Counted from the first letter of the stretch, positions 18,916-29,483 are shown. The stretch: DNA of 54,007 nt from an uncultured Dehalococcoidia bacterium (GCA_950072105.1 CATMOE010000021.1:1-54007); one strand, 5' to 3'. The notes: a model not told the origin generated them from the sequence alone. Translations and numbers: made by a program.

Positions 18916-20271
18916 CTACCTCAAGAACCCTTCATAGTTTCGCATCATTAGCTGCGCCTCCAATTGGCGCATCGTATCCAAGCCTACACCCACCATGATT
19001 AGAAGGCTGGTGCTGCTAAGGGAAATCGCTTGAACATCGGTAATCAAAGACGCCAAGTAGGGAACGATGGCGATGAACCCTAGGAACAACGCGCCGCCCA
19101 TGGTGATGCGCACAATGACCCGGTTCAAATATTCCTGAGTCGGCCGGCCCGGTCTGATCCCCAAGACAAACCCACCGTTTCGTTGCAGATTTTCCGCCAA
19201 ATTTTGCTGGTTGAACACCACCAGGGTGTAGAAGAAGGTGAAGATCACCACCAAGATAAACACCATGATCCAATACGGAGGGGAAGTTGGGACCAGTAGG
19301 TCCGCGAAGAACCTGGCTACATCTCCGATCACCCCGGTGGTCGTGGCGAAGTAGGTGGCCATCGTGCCGGGCAATATCACTATGGAGAAAGCGAAGATCA
19401 ACGGAATCATTCCGGCGGAGTTGATGCGCAAAGGTAGGTAGGTCGCTCCACTCTGCCGATACATCCGTCCACCACGGAATATGCTCCGTCCGTATTGGAC
19501 CGGGATGCGCCGGTGGGCCTCATTGAACCAGACGATAAGGGCAATGATCCCCACGCCGATGATGGCGAAGAACCCGATACCCAAGACGTTGTCAGTATCC
19601 AGGAACCCCTGGCTGAGCAATCCGGGGAAACCGGCCACGATTCCGGCAAAGATTATCAGCGATATTCCATTGCCGATACCCCGCTCGGTGATCAACTCGC
19701 CCATCCAAACTAGGAACAAGGTTCCCGCCACGATGGACAAGAGGGCGGCAACAGTGGGTAAAAGGGAAGCCCCGAAAAATCCAACGACAAAAGTAGGGGC
19801 GCCAGTCACACTGTCTACGAACACACCCGACCCCTGCAGCAGGATCAATTGCCCATAACCCTGGGCCAAGGCGATGGGCACAGTCAACCAGTGGGTGATG
19901 CGGCTCATCTTGGCCCGCCCGGACTCTCCTTCCTTGGCCATTTCTTGGAGTTTGGGAAACACCGGGGTGATCAACTGCATCACGATCGAGGCCGTGATAT
20001 AGGGAAAGACCCCCAGGGCCACGATGCTCATTCGGCGAAGGGCTCCCCCACTGAACAAGTCAAGAAAACCCAGCAGGTCGTTGTTTTCAAAAAGGTTGGC
20101 AAGTGCCCCCTCATTGATGCCGGGCATGGGTATGTGGGCGGCAAACCGGTATATAGCCAACAAAGCCAACGTGAACAGGATCTTTGATCTCAGGTCAGGT
20201 AGGCTAAAGGCATCGATCGCCGCTTGTAGTAAACGGGGGAGGCGCCCCCCTTGTACTTCCGCCTCTAACAT
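18916..20271 (-). CDS. secY: Preprotein translocase SecY
   Basis: SIVALGVFPYITASI, WMGELITERGIGNGISLIIF, AGMIPLIFA, GIRPG, SLLIMVGV. Confidence 0.98.
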   Translation of the reverse strand: MLEAEVQGGRLPRLLQAAIDAFSLPDLRSKILFTLALLAIYRFAAHIPMPGINEGALANLFENNDLLGFLDLFSGGALRRMSIVALGVFPYITASIVMQLITPVFPKLQEMAKEGESGRAKMSRITHWLTVPIALAQGYGQLILLQGSGVFVDSVTGAPTFVVGFFGASLLPTVAALLSIVAGTLFLVWMGELITERGIGNGISLIIFAGIVAGFPGLLSQGFLDTDNVLGIGFFAIIGVGIIALIVWFNEAHRRIPVQYGRSIFRGGRMYRQSGATYLPLRINSAGMIPLIFAFSIVILPGTMATYFATTTGVIGDVARFFADLLVPTSPPYWIMVFILVVIFTFFYTLVVFNQQNLAENLQRNGGFVLGIRPGRPTQEYLNRVIVRITMGGALFLGFIAIVPYLASLITDVQAISLSSTSLLIMVGVGLDTMRQLEAQLMMRNYEGFLR

Positions 20272-20276
20272 CCGCC

Positions 20277-20720
20277 CTACAGCTCCTCTACTTTCCCTTT
20301 GGCCGCCTCAATCTTCTCTCGCGCCGACCCGGTAAACCGGTGCGCGGCCACCGTGACGGCTTTGGTTAATTGGCCGTCACCGACAATCTTGATGGGCTGT
20401 TTCAAGCTCTTGAGGAAACCGCGTTCCCGCAGTAATTCCGGAGTGATTCGCTCTCCGGCGTCGAAGGTTTCAAGAGTTTCCAGACTGATCAGAGAATAGT
20501 AGGTCTTGAAGATGTTGTTGAAGCCCCGCTTCATGGGAAGTCCCTTTATCAGCTGGTTCTGACCACCCTCGAATCCGGCCCGAATCGAGCTTCCGGAGCG
20601 GGATTTTTGGCCCTTCATACCCCTGCCGGCAGTGCTACCTTGGCCGGCGGAGTCGCCTCGACCCACCCGTTTCCTGCGTTTTCTGGCCCCAGGACTTGGG
20701 ACCACCTGATGTTCCATCAT
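20277..20720 (-). CDS. rplO: 50S ribosomal protein L15
   Basis: RVGRG....GSTAGRGMKGQKSRSG, FEGGQ, PMKRGF. Start moved to ATG 20720 (GGAGAGG SD). Confidence 0.96.
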   Translation of the reverse strand: MMEHQVVPSPGARKRRKRVGRGDSAGQGSTAGRGMKGQKSRSGSSIRAGFEGGQNQLIKGLPMKRGFNNIFKTYYSLISLETLETFDAGERITPELLRERGFLKSLKQPIKIVGDGQLTKAVTVAAHRFTGSAREKIEAAKGKVEEL

Positions 20721-20871
20721 TGGAAATACCTCTCCGTCGTTGACACTATAAAAACCAAAAGACGCCGATCGGCGCCGTTGGTTTGAATCTGGCCTCAAAT
20801 ATCGGTTTCTAAGATCCTCCCGAACCCTTTCGGGTTATACGGCCTAGGCGTTCCTATAGGGAAAGCCCGTT

Positions 20872-21060
20872 TTAGGTGGACTCCACGATTTCCACGGAAA
20901 CCAAGTGGCTTACTTTATTGACCATTCCGCGAATAGTCGGTGAATCAAAGTGCACCACGGAGTGGTGCAGGCGGTGCAAACCGAGGGACTGGATGATTTT
21001 CCGCTGGGATGCCGTCCGGCCGATCGTGCTTCGCTTCCATGTGATCCTTAGCTGGGTCAT
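20872..21060 (-). CDS. rpmD: 50S ribosomal protein L30
   Basis: LRITW.RS.IGR...LGL......V...DSP.IRGMVNKVSHLV. Confidence 0.95.
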   Translation of the reverse strand: MTQLRITWKRSTIGRTASQRKIIQSLGLHRLHHSVVHFDSPTIRGMVNKVSHLVSVEIVEST

Positions 21061-21648
21061 TTAGGCGCCCTCCGGTCTGGGGGGAGCAGGGGTTCCTGGA
21101 TTTCTGGTGGCTGCAGCATTACCGGTATTTCTTGCCACACCCGCGAGTCTGATCGCCCGTTCCTTTTCCGGGTCACGCAACGAACGCAAAGCCTCTAGAG
21201 TGGCATGGACGATGTTGATAGGATTTCTGGAGCCCAAGGATTTTCCAACAACGTCTTTGACGCCGCCCAGTTCCAGCATGGCCCGCATCGCACCGGCGGC
21301 GATGACGCCCGTCCCTTCCCGGGCGGGCTTGATTATCACAATTGTAGCCCCTTTCTTCAGGGTGACTGCTTGGGGGATCGTGCCGCCTTTCAGAGGAATC
21401 GTAACCATGTCGCGCCGGGCGATGGCGTTTCCCTTACGGACTGCATCGGGGATAACCAAGGCTTTCCCCAGCCCGACACCTACCTGGCCTTGGCCATCGC
21501 CAACCACCACCAAGGCGTTAAAGCGCAGACGTCTGCCCCCCTTCACCACCTTGGCGATGCGGCGGGTGAAAACAACACGCTCGGTCATACCGCCGGTGTC
21601 TTCCTGGCGGAACCGAGGTCCTCTGGGTCGATCTGGGGAAAATACCAT
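21061..21648 (-). CDS. rpsE: 30S ribosomal protein S5
   Basis: RIAKVVKGGRR.RFNALVVVGD..G.VG.GLGKA, GTGVIA, KSLGS.NPIN. Confidence 0.97.
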   Translation of the reverse strand: MVFSPDRPRGPRFRQEDTGGMTERVVFTRRIAKVVKGGRRLRFNALVVVGDGQGQVGVGLGKALVIPDAVRKGNAIARRDMVTIPLKGGTIPQAVTLKKGATIVIIKPAREGTGVIAAGAMRAMLELGGVKDVVGKSLGSRNPINIVHATLEALRSLRDPEKERAIRLAGVARNTGNAAATRNPGTPAPPRPEGA

Positions 21649-21722
21649 AGGCTGTCACTATCTCCTTACGTCAGCCTGGACATTAACGATTGGTTTTACC
21701 GGTTGTGTCTGGGAAGCCTTAC

Positions 21723-22091
21723 CTAAAACTTCAGGCCGCCTTCGCGGCTGGCTTCAGCTAGGGCTTTGACGCGGCCGTGATACTTGTATCCGCCGCGGTC
21801 GAAGACAACGCTGGTGATGCCCTTGGACTTGGCCCGTTCCGCCACCATCTTGCCCACGGCTACGGAAACATCGATCTTCGGCGCGGCGGCTCCGCCGTCC
21901 TGGGACATGGTTTCATGGCTGGAAGCGGAGACCAAGGTATGACCTTCGCTATCGTCGATGATCTGCGCGTAGATGTGGCGCAAGCTGCGAAACACACATA
22001 GCCTGGGCCGTTCTACGGTACCGGTCACCTTTTTCCGCACCCTTGCGTGCCGGACCAATCTCAATTTTCTAGCGTTTTTATCCTTGGCCAC
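21723..22091 (-). CDS. rplR: 50S ribosomal protein L18
   Basis: [36 protein letters not shown]...REGGL.F. Start moved to GTG 22091. Confidence 0.96.
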   Translation of the reverse strand: MAKDKNARKLRLVRHARVRKKVTGTVERPRLCVFRSLRHIYAQIIDDSEGHTLVSASSHETMSQDGGAAAPKIDVSVAVGKMVAERAKSKGITSVVFDRGGYKYHGRVKALAEASREGGLKF

Positions 22092-22232
22092 TAAGTTGTT
22101 CTCACTCCGGAAGGTCTCCGCTCCCACTACGGAGGCGCAGAATCCTCAAAATACCCTTAATACTGTTTTCCAGGACCGCTTCCGGGTCCGGGTTAAACCC
22201 TTTGATATAAACCAGCGTTGTTCTTGGCGGGA

Positions 22233-22823
22233 TCAAGCCTTGCGGGCCGCTGACTTGCCCGGCTTAAAGTGCAGGACCTCTCCCGCGTATTTGATCCCCT
22301 TTTCTTTATAGGCGTTGGGCGGCCGCGTCTGCCGAACTTTGGCGGCCAGGTTGCCCACCTGCTGTTTGTCGATGCCGCGCACGTGGATCCGGTTGTTGCC
22401 TTCCACCTCCATAGTCACGCCGTCGGGTGGATGCATCTCGATCGTATGGCTGTGGCCCACCGACAACACAATACCGTCGCCGGCTTGCTGCACGCGGTAG
22501 CCCACGCCCATCAACTCCAATGTCTTGGTGTAACCTTCTGAAACACCCTGAACCGCATTGGCAATGAGGCTGCGGGTTAGGCCGTGAAGGGCATGGTGAA
22601 ACTTACGTTCTGACAATCGTTCTACCAACACGTTGCCGTCTTCCACGGTAACTTTGACGTCGGGATGGTAGTTCTGTGTCAGCGTGCCGTTGGGACCTTT
22701 AACAACTACGCCGCCGTACTGGACTTCCACTTCCACTCCCTGGGGAATGGGGATGGGCTTGCGTCCGATGCGCGACAGTGTCCTTCCTTGCGTATTGCCG
22801 TTTGTTGTTGAACTACCAGACAT
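22233..22823 (-). CDS. rplF: 50S ribosomal protein L6
   Basis: [36 protein letters not shown]. Start is either ATG 22823 (overlapping rpsH) or CTG 22778. Confidence 0.96.
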   Translation of the reverse strand: MSGSSTTNGNTQGRTLSRIGRKPIPIPQGVEVEVQYGGVVVKGPNGTLTQNYHPDVKVTVEDGNVLVERLSERKFHHALHGLTRSLIANAVQGVSEGYTKTLELMGVGYRVQQAGDGIVLSVGHSHTIEMHPPDGVTMEVEGNNRIHVRGIDKQQVGNLAAKVRQTRPPNAYKEKGIKYAGEVLHFKPGKSAARKA

Positions 22824-23211
22824 AACAAAGAAGCTCCCCGCCGATCCCCGCGCGCCAAGCTTGGCGGCCGGCCATTACGCCTTGGGGCGTCGAAAGAATA
22901 GCGACGCCCATGCCTCCATAGACCCGGGGGATTTCACCCCGTCCCACGTAAACACGCAGTCCCGGCTTGCTGATTCGCTTCAGACCGGTGATGGCCGGTT
23001 CTCTCTTCTCCCGGTAAATCAGGTGGACCCGGAGTGTGGGATGGGCCTGCCCCCTAGGCAGGTCGAAGTCCCGGATGTACCCCTCTTCCTTAAGAATCTT
23101 GGCGATGGCCAATTTCATTTTTGAATGAGGCATCATAACAGACTCGTGACGCACCTGAATCGCGTTACGAATCCTGGTCAACATATCCGCTACTGGATCG
23201 GTTACTGGCAC
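22813..23211 (-). CDS. rpsH: 30S ribosomal protein S8
   Basis: [49 protein letters not shown]. Confidence 0.98.
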   Translation of the reverse strand: MPVTDPVADMLTRIRNAIQVRHESVMMPHSKMKLAIAKILKEEGYIRDFDLPRGQAHPTLRVHLIYREKREPAITGLKRISKPGLRVYVGRGEIPRVYGGMGVAILSTPQGVMAGRQAWRAGIGGELLCYVW

Positions 23212-23232
23212 AGTTTTATCCCCCTTGGCTCC

Positions 23233-23418
23233 CTACCAACTTGCTTTGCGCACGCCGGGTAGTTCACCGGACAGCGCCAATTCCCGGAAACAGATCCGGC
23301 AGATGCCGAAGTAGCGTATGTAGGCCCTAGGCCGAGTGCAACGGTTGCACCGGCTGTGCCAACGTACTGGGTACTTGGGCTTCCTGAGCCACTTTTGAAC
23401 CTTTGATGACTTGGCCAT
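23233..23418 (-). CDS. rpsN: 30S ribosomal protein S14, Zn-binding type Z
   Basis: 61 aa, RCNRC...CRICFRE...[10 protein letters not shown]. Confidence 0.97.
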   Translation of the reverse strand: MAKSSKVQKWLRKPKYPVRWHSRCNRCTRPRAYIRYFGICRICFRELALSGELPGVRKASW

Positions 23419-23427
23419 TGGCTTCTT

Positions 23428-24258
23428 CTAGACCTCTCGAACGAATGGCATACCGTATAATTCCAACATGCGCGTCGCCGTGGCGTCGTCGTGGGCTGTA
23501 GTAGTGATGGTTACCTGCAATCCACGGATCCGGTCGATCTGGTTATAGTCGATCTCCGGGAAAATTATCTGCTCGCGGATGCCTATGGAGAAGTTCCCCC
23601 TGCCGTCGAACCCCCGCCTGGGAATCCCCCGGAAGTCGCGGATACGCGGCAGCGACATGTTGATCAACCTATCCAGGAAGTGGTACATCTTGGTCCCACG
23701 CAGAGTTACGCAGGTACCGATGGGATTGCCCTCACGAATCTTGAATCCAGCGATGGATTTGCGGGCGTGGGTGATGATGGGCTTTTGGCCGGTTATGGTG
23801 GCCAAGTCGCCGGTGGCGCTTTCCATCGCCCGGCCATTGGTTAATGCCTCGCCCAATCCGATGTTGACCACGATCTTCTGGATGCGCGGCACCTGCATCG
23901 GGTTGGTGAATCCAAATTCCCGCATCATGGTGGGAACGATTTCAGTGCGGTAAAGGTCCCGCATCCTCGGTGGAGGGGGAGGATCATCCGCAGGATCGGC
24001 TGGAGGCTCTTCCACGGCGGTGGCGCCGCCCCGTTGCCGTCCGGTCGCTCTTGCTCCGGTTCGCGGCGTTCGGGGGGCCCGGCGGCGTGCCGGAGCTGCC
24101 TCCTCGGCGGGTGGCTCAGTCGCTTCTGCGGTTGGTTCGGAAACTTCTTCGGCAGCGGGCTCAACCGAGTCCGACGCCGGTTCCGAAGTTTCTTCGGCGG
24201 TAGGCTCCGCCGCTTGATCGGATTGTTCTAGTTCTTCTTCGTTATCTGGCATCGTCAA
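23428..24258 (-). CDS. rplE: 50S ribosomal protein L5 with ~95-aa acidic/Pro-rich N-terminal extension
   Basis: NPMQVPRIQKIVVNIG.GE, ITGQKP, LPRIRDFRG, FDGRGN.S.G..EQIIFPEI. Confidence 0.97.
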   Translation of the reverse strand: MTMPDNEEELEQSDQAAEPTAEETSEPASDSVEPAAEEVSEPTAEATEPPAEEAAPARRRAPRTPRTGARATGRQRGGATAVEEPPADPADDPPPPPRMRDLYRTEIVPTMMREFGFTNPMQVPRIQKIVVNIGLGEALTNGRAMESATGDLATITGQKPIITHARKSIAGFKIREGNPIGTCVTLRGTKMYHFLDRLINMSLPRIRDFRGIPRRGFDGRGNFSIGIREQIIFPEIDYNQIDRIRGLQVTITTTAHDDATATRMLELYGMPFVREV

Positions 24259-24562
24259 TCACTTCTTGGCACTTGGGACAACTTCTGACTCGGGCCCCAG
24301 TATCCAGAAACACAATCTTAGGCTTAGTGGGCTGGTTGCATTTATTGCAGATCAACACCACATTAGAGATATGGATGGGGGCCTCTTGTTGGATCCGGCC
24401 CGATTGCCGGACCCCGGGCCGAGGCTTGACGTGGCGGGTGATAAAGTTCACCCCTTCAATCACCACTCGATTTTCTTTAGTCAGTTGACGGTCGACCCGG
24501 CCGCTTTTACCTTTCTCTTTGCCCGCTATCACGAGCACGTTGTCCCCGCTTCGGATGCGCAT
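24242..24562 (-). CDS. rplX: 50S ribosomal protein L24
   Basis: KOW motif GD.V.VIAGKEKGK.G, EGVN, EAPIHISNV. Confidence 0.97.
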   Translation of the reverse strand: MRIRSGDNVLVIAGKEKGKSGRVDRQLTKENRVVIEGVNFITRHVKPRPGVRQSGRIQQEAPIHISNVVLICNKCNQPTKPKIVFLDTGARVRSCPKCQEVIDDAR

Positions 24563-24930
24563 TATACTACTTCCGAGGCTAGGGAGATGATTCGCATGAA
24601 CCCTTGGTCCCTAAGCTCACGCGCCACCGGGCCAAAGATCCGCGTGCCGCGGGGCAGCCTGTTTTCCAAGATCAGCACGGCGGCGTTGTCGTCGAATTTT
24701 ATGTATGTCCCATCGGGCCGGCGCCGGCCCTGGGCCTGACGGATTATCACCGCCCGGACCACTTCGCCCTTTCGGACGGGAGAGTTGGGCGCCGCTTCCC
24801 GAACGTTGCAAACTATCACGTCACCCACATGGGCGAATTTGCGTTTGCCGCTGCCGGGAATGTTGATCAGCCGGATAACTTTGGCGCCGCTGTTGTCCGC
24901 CACAGTTAGCCGGGTATAAGTCTGAATCAT
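24562..24930 (-). CDS. rplN: 50S ribosomal protein L14
   Basis: [34 protein letters not shown]. Confidence 0.98.
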   Translation of the reverse strand: MIQTYTRLTVADNSGAKVIRLINIPGSGKRKFAHVGDVIVCNVREAAPNSPVRKGEVVRAVIIRQAQGRRRPDGTYIKFDDNAAVLILENRLPRGTRIFGPVARELRDQGFMRIISLASEVV

Positions 24931-25340
24931 TCTTCAGTATCCTGTTCATCAGAAGCCGAATCGTCTTCCGAGGCTATTTCTTCTGTTTGTTCTTCGTCCT
25001 CTTCCTCAGCCTGATTCACCGGCTGTTCGGAGGTTGTGTTTTCCATGATGGCATCGGATTCCAAGTCTATCGGACGGACATCGGCCACCTCGCGGCGCGA
25101 CAGAATCTCCAACAAGCGCCAATGCTTGGATTTGGAAATGGGCCGGGTCTCTTCGATCCGTACCGTGTCTCCCACTAAGCATAGGTTTTCAGGGTCATGG
25201 ACCATGAAACGGGCCAACCGGCGCACTTGCTTGCGATACAGCCGGTTTCGCTGCTTCCAGACCATTTCGACGACCGCCGTCCGGTCCATACTCACGCGGA
25301 CCACCGATCCAGTCCTGACCTTCCGCATAGACTTAACCAA
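24927..25340 (-). CDS. rpsQ: 30S ribosomal protein S17 with acidic C-terminal tail
   Basis: G.VV..SMD.T.VV, HD..N....GD.V.I.ETRPISK.K.WRL. Confidence 0.95.
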   Translation of the reverse strand: MVKSMRKVRTGSVVRVSMDRTAVVEMVWKQRNRLYRKQVRRLARFMVHDPENLCLVGDTVRIEETRPISKSKHWRLLEILSRREVADVRPIDLESDAIMENTTSEQPVNQAEEEDEEQTEEIASEDDSASDEQDTEE

Positions 25341-25342
25341 AC

Positions 25343-25540
25343 TTAACCCTCCACCAGTTGCCGTTCTCTGATCACGGTTCGCAGGCGGGCGATGGATTTT
25401 CGCACCGACCTGGGAAGGTTGGAGTCGGGTAGCTGGTTGGTGGCGGCCCGAAACCGCAGGTCCATCAACTCCCGGCTGGTCTTTTCCAACTCCTCACCGA
25501 GTTGTTCATCGGAGAGGGCCCGTATCTCGTTAATTAACAT
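25343..25540 (-). CDS. rpmC: 50S ribosomal protein L29
   Basis: EL..LRF..AT.QL......R.VRK.IARL.TV..ER. Confidence 0.95.
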   Translation of the reverse strand: MLINEIRALSDEQLGEELEKTSRELMDLRFRAATNQLPDSNLPRSVRKSIARLRTVIRERQLVEG

Positions 25541-25552
25541 GGAATCACGTCT

Positions 25553-25990
25553 TTAAACTGAATGACCTGACATGACCGCGATCCGGTCACGCTGGACGGT
25601 CTTAGTCGGGATCGGAAGTTTGTGGGCTGCCAATTTCAACGCCCTGACGGCGTCTGCCGCGGGAACTCCAGCCACCTCAAACAGAATCTTGCCCGGTCTG
25701 ACCACGGCTACCCAGTGGTCCACCGCAGCCTTGCCGCCTCCCATGCGGACTTCGGCAGGTTTCTTGCTGACTGATTTGTCCGGGAAAACCCTTACCCACA
25801 CCTGGCCGCCACGGCGTAGGTGGCGGGTGACGGCGATCCTGGCCGCTTCGATCTGCCGCGCGGTGATCCAGTTGGCCTCCATGGCTTTGAGCCCGAACTC
25901 ACCAAAGCTCACAGTGCTACCGGTAGTGGCGGCGCCTTTGCGCCGGCCCCGAAACACCTTGCGAAATTTGGACCGCTTCGGCTGCAACAT
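25553..25990 (-). CDS. rplP: 50S ribosomal protein L16
   Basis: MLQPKR.KFRK, QIEAAR, RVFPDK, RMG.GK, KLPI.T. Confidence 0.98.
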   Translation of the reverse strand: MLQPKRSKFRKVFRGRRKGAATTGSTVSFGEFGLKAMEANWITARQIEAARIAVTRHLRRGGQVWVRVFPDKSVSKKPAEVRMGGGKAAVDHWVAVVRPGKILFEVAGVPAADAVRALKLAAHKLPIPTKTVQRDRIAVMSGHSV

Positions 25991-26117
25991 TGCTTACCCC
26001 TTATTATTGTTCGTCTATGGCCGTTCCAGCCTGAGTCCCTTCGGACGCCCCTAGGCGAACGGATTCAACGAATCTTCAATGGTGGTGACTTATTCCCACC
26101 ATGAATCATGCTAGTTT

Positions 26118-26858
26118 CTAGATCTGAAGGTCTTCGTCCAACACAATTTCCGGCTCGTCTGAGTCAGCCTGGACCGTAACCTCGATGGTTTCCAGTTCTT
26201 CCTCTTCTTCAGGTGGCGGCGGTAAGATGTCGCCGTGGTAGACCCAAACTTTGACGCCCACTTGGCCCATGACCGTGTGGGCCTCGGCCAAGGCGTAATC
26301 TATGTCCGCCCGCAAAGTGTGCAGCGGAACCCGGCCCATCATCAACTTTTCAACGCGAGCGATTTCCGAACCGGAGATGCGCCCTTTGACGATAATTTTG
26401 ATGCCTTGCGCGCCGCCCTGCATGGCCCTTTGGGCCGCCTGACGCATGGCCCGGCGATAGGCTACCCGGCGCTCCATCTGGTCGGCGATGTTTCGGCCAA
26501 CCAGATAGGCATTAATCTCAGGCTGCTCGATCTCTATGATATTTAGCTGCACCCGGCGCTGGGTGATGGATTCCAGTTTGGTTCGGAGATTCTTAACCCG
26601 CTCTCCGTCTCTGCCAATCAGGATCCCGGGGCGCGCGGAGTGGATGTTGATCACACTATCCTGTGCCCCGCGGTCAATCTCAACCTTTGCTATGCCGGCG
26701 TCGGAGAAGGACTTGTACTCATCTACGATGCTTTTCCGCAGCTTAATATCTTCTAGCACCAAGGCGCGATAGCTACTGGCGTTGGGTGCGAACCAGTGCG
26801 CCTTCCAATCCTTGATGATGCCCAACCGAAACCCGTAAGGGTGGGTTTTATGGCCCAT
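26118..26858 (-). CDS. rpsC: 30S ribosomal protein S3
   Basis: MGHKTHPYGFRLG, RPGILIG, GRVPLHTLRADIDY, GVKVWV. Confidence 0.98.
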   Translation of the reverse strand: MGHKTHPYGFRLGIIKDWKAHWFAPNASSYRALVLEDIKLRKSIVDEYKSFSDAGIAKVEIDRGAQDSVINIHSARPGILIGRDGERVKNLRTKLESITQRRVQLNIIEIEQPEINAYLVGRNIADQMERRVAYRRAMRQAAQRAMQGGAQGIKIIVKGRISGSEIARVEKLMMGRVPLHTLRADIDYALAEAHTVMGQVGVKVWVYHGDILPPPPEEEEELETIEVTVQADSDEPEIVLDEDLQI

Positions 26859-26861
26859 GTT

Positions 26862-27209
26862 TTAACGCTCCTGTCCCGGTTCGTCCACTACCACCGTGAT
26901 GTGGCTGGAACGCTTTATGATTCGGCCGATGCGGCCCCTGGCCCTGGGCCGAAATCTTTTCAATGGTGTGGCCTGGTCCGCGGAGATCGCGACTATCCGT
27001 AGAGAGTCCCGGTTCATCATCATATTGTTTTCAGCATTGGCCGCTGCCGATTGCACCACTTTGGCCACGGTTTTGGCCCAAGGCGATGTCAGCAGGCTCA
27101 ACGTATTCAGAGCGTCGTCCACCGGCCGGCCCCGGACCAAGTCCAGTATCGGCTTCAACCGTTTTTGAGACGCGCTAATTTTTTTGGCTACAGCTCGGAC
27201 TGGTGGCAA
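26862..27209 (-). CDS. rplV: 50S ribosomal protein L22
   Basis: SAAANAENN, LKRFRPRARGR...I.KR.SHITVVV. Confidence 0.96.
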   Translation of the reverse strand: MPPVRAVAKKISASQKRLKPILDLVRGRPVDDALNTLSLLTSPWAKTVAKVVQSAAANAENNMMMNRDSLRIVAISADQATPLKRFRPRARGRIGRIIKRSSHITVVVDEPGQER

Positions 27210-27213
27210 TTCA

Positions 27214-27501
27214 CTACCTCATTGGCCTACTGGAGCGTTCGGAGCGCGAGACGTGACCACGATAGGTTCGCGTCGGCGAGAACTCACCTAGCCGGTGGCC
27301 CACCATGTTTTCCGTTACGAACACCGGTATATGCCGGCGTCCGTCGTGTACGCCGAAGGTTAACCCGACAAATTCGGGCATTATCATCGACGCTCTGGAC
27401 CAAGTTATGATGACCGTTTTTGTGCCCGACCTTTGTACGGCCTCCACTTTCTTGGCCAACTTAGGATGGACGTAAGGGCCTTTCTTGATTGACCGGGACA
27501 T
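27214..27501 (-). CDS. rpsS: 30S ribosomal protein S19
   Basis: [29 protein letters not shown]. Confidence 0.98.
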   Translation of the reverse strand: MSRSIKKGPYVHPKLAKKVEAVQRSGTKTVIITWSRASMIMPEFVGLTFGVHDGRRHIPVFVTENMVGHRLGEFSPTRTYRGHVSRSERSSRPMR

Positions 27502-27502
27502 T

Positions 27503-28336
27503 CTACCGTCTCCTGCCCCTTCGCATTATGAACTTGCTACTTGCTTTGTGCACCCGGCGAGTCTTGTGGCCCAAGGTGGGCTGACCGGTGGGTGACTTGG
27601 GTCCCGGCATGCCGATGGGTGAGCGCCCCTCACCACCTCCATGGGGGTGGTCCACTGGGTTCATGGCGACACCCCTAACTTGGGGGCGCCGTCCCAGATG
27701 GCGGCTGGCTCCGGCCTTGCCCAGGCTTTCGTTTTTATGGTCCGGGTTGGAAAGCTGGCCGATACTGGCCCGGCATTCCAACAAGACGCGGCGCATCTCT
27801 CCGGAGGGAAGCCTTATCAGCACATAGTTGCCTTCCCTAGACAGAACTTGGGCGCCCGACCCGGCGCTTCTTACCAACTGACCGCCCCGCTGGGGAGTCA
27901 ATTCCAAGTTATGAACCACCGTTCCAGTAGGTATGGACCGCAGGGGGAGGCAGTTGCCGGGATGAATCTCCGATTGCGATCCCGACTCAACCCAATCGCC
28001 TACCGACAATCCCACCGGGGCCAGGATGTAGCTCTTCTCTCCGTCGGCGTAGAAGATCAAGGCGATGCGGGTGGTGCGATTCGGGTCATACTCGATGGAT
28101 CTTACCCGGCCAGGCACCTGATCTTTGATCCGCTTAAAGTCGATCTTGCGGTACATCTGCTTGTGGCCGCCGCCCCGGTGCCGGGCGGTGACCTGTCCCG
28201 TGTTGTTGCGGCCGGCGTGGTTGGGCAGATGTTCGAGCAAGGACTTCTCGGGTTTCCTCGTCGTGATCTCTTCGAAAGAAGGCCGCACCGCATTGCGGGT
28301 GCCGGGCGTCATCGGTTTTAAGTTTTTTAGAGGCAT
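27503..28336 (-). CDS. rplB: 50S ribosomal protein L2
   Basis: [34 protein letters not shown]. Confidence 0.98.
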   Translation of the reverse strand: MPLKNLKPMTPGTRNAVRPSFEEITTRKPEKSLLEHLPNHAGRNNTGQVTARHRGGGHKQMYRKIDFKRIKDQVPGRVRSIEYDPNRTTRIALIFYADGEKSYILAPVGLSVGDWVESGSQSEIHPGNCLPLRSIPTGTVVHNLELTPQRGGQLVRSAGSGAQVLSREGNYVLIRLPSGEMRRVLLECRASIGQLSNPDHKNESLGKAGASRHLGRRPQVRGVAMNPVDHPHGGGEGRSPIGMPGPKSPTGQPTLGHKTRRVHKASSKFIMRRGRRR

Positions 28337-28365
28337 ACTCGATTTCCTTGCATATTAAAAACCCT

Positions 28366-28650
28366 TTACACACCCTCTATCAGGTTGATCCTATCCCCTG
28401 GCTTCAGGGTGACCACGGCCTTTTTAATATCGGGACGCTTTTTGGTACGGGGACCGTACCGCTTCAGTTTTCCGTGCAGCTTAGTGATATTTACGTCTAG
28501 CACCTTCACATCGAACCGGGTTTCAACGGCTTGCTTCACTTCCACTTTGTTTGCCTTGAGAGACACGTGGAACGTGTATTTCCCGGACTCCTGAAGCAGG
28601 GTGCTTTTCTCGGTGATCGCCGGTTTGATCAGGACATGATGGATATCCAT
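28366..28650 (-). CDS. rplW: 50S ribosomal protein L23
   Basis: P.ITEKS, ANK.EVK.AVE..F.VKV..VN, KKAVVTL. Confidence 0.97.
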   Translation of the reverse strand: MDIHHVLIKPAITEKSTLLQESGKYTFHVSLKANKVEVKQAVETRFDVKVLDVNITKLHGKLKRYGPRTKKRPDIKKAVVTLKPGDRINLIEGV

Positions 28651-29454
28651 CTACTCCTCTCCTCCAGCGTCTTCCGCTTCGTCTACGCTCTCCGCCGCAG
28701 CTTCTTCGGCCGGATCGGTTTCCGGCTCTTCATCAACGGTGGCCACTGCGCTCGAGACGGGGCTCGCCTCTTCCGGGGAATTCTCGCCCGCGCTATTTGG
28801 GCCGGCGATCCTGTCTTTCCAGCGAGGGGGGGGCACGGCTAGATCCTGCTCAGCCCAGCGAGCCGCTTCCAGAGTAATTACCAACTTGTCCCGGCTCAAG
28901 AGTTCTTGGGCATTGAGTTGGTTCACCGGAAGAGTCCAGATCTTCTCGATGTTGTGGGCCGCGCGTACAACCGCTTGCACTGTGTCTTTGGTCACCACCA
29001 AGGCTGATCCGGTGATTCCCAGATTCGACAATAGCTCCACCATCGACTTAGTCTTACCGTTGATCCCGTCCATGGCGTCGATGCAGATGAGTTGGTTCTG
29101 CCTGGCTTTTTCCGACAGGACGCATTTCAAGGCCAATCGGCGCATCCGGCGTGGCAGCGCTTTCCGGTAGTCCCGAGGGTGCGGTCCGAAGACCACCCCG
29201 CCGTGGCGCCATTGCGGGGAGCGTATGCTACCCTGGCGAGCCCGCCCGGTATGCTTTTGGATCCAGGGCTTGCGCCCGCCTCCTGACACCTGAGCCCTCG
29301 TCTTGGTGTCGGCGGTACCCTGGCGCTTGTTTCCCTGATAGATAACCAGCGCCTGATGGACCAGGGCATGGTTCATAGGCACGGCAAAAACGGCGTCGTC
29401 CAAATCTATGGTTTCGACCGTTTCTCCCTGGGAATTTATTACCGAAACTTCCAT
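28651..29454 (-). CDS. rplD: 50S ribosomal protein L4 with acidic C-terminal tail
   Basis: RQGT..TKTR..VSGGGRKPW.QK.TGRARQGSIRSPQW..GGVVFGP.PR. Confidence 0.98.
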   Translation of the reverse strand: MEVSVINSQGETVETIDLDDAVFAVPMNHALVHQALVIYQGNKRQGTADTKTRAQVSGGGRKPWIQKHTGRARQGSIRSPQWRHGGVVFGPHPRDYRKALPRRMRRLALKCVLSEKARQNQLICIDAMDGINGKTKSMVELLSNLGITGSALVVTKDTVQAVVRAAHNIEKIWTLPVNQLNAQELLSRDKLVITLEAARWAEQDLAVPPPRWKDRIAGPNSAGENSPEEASPVSSAVATVDEEPETDPAEEAAAESVDEAEDAGGEE

Positions 29455-29483
29455 TCGTATTCCAATCCGTTGCCGTCCAGCCC

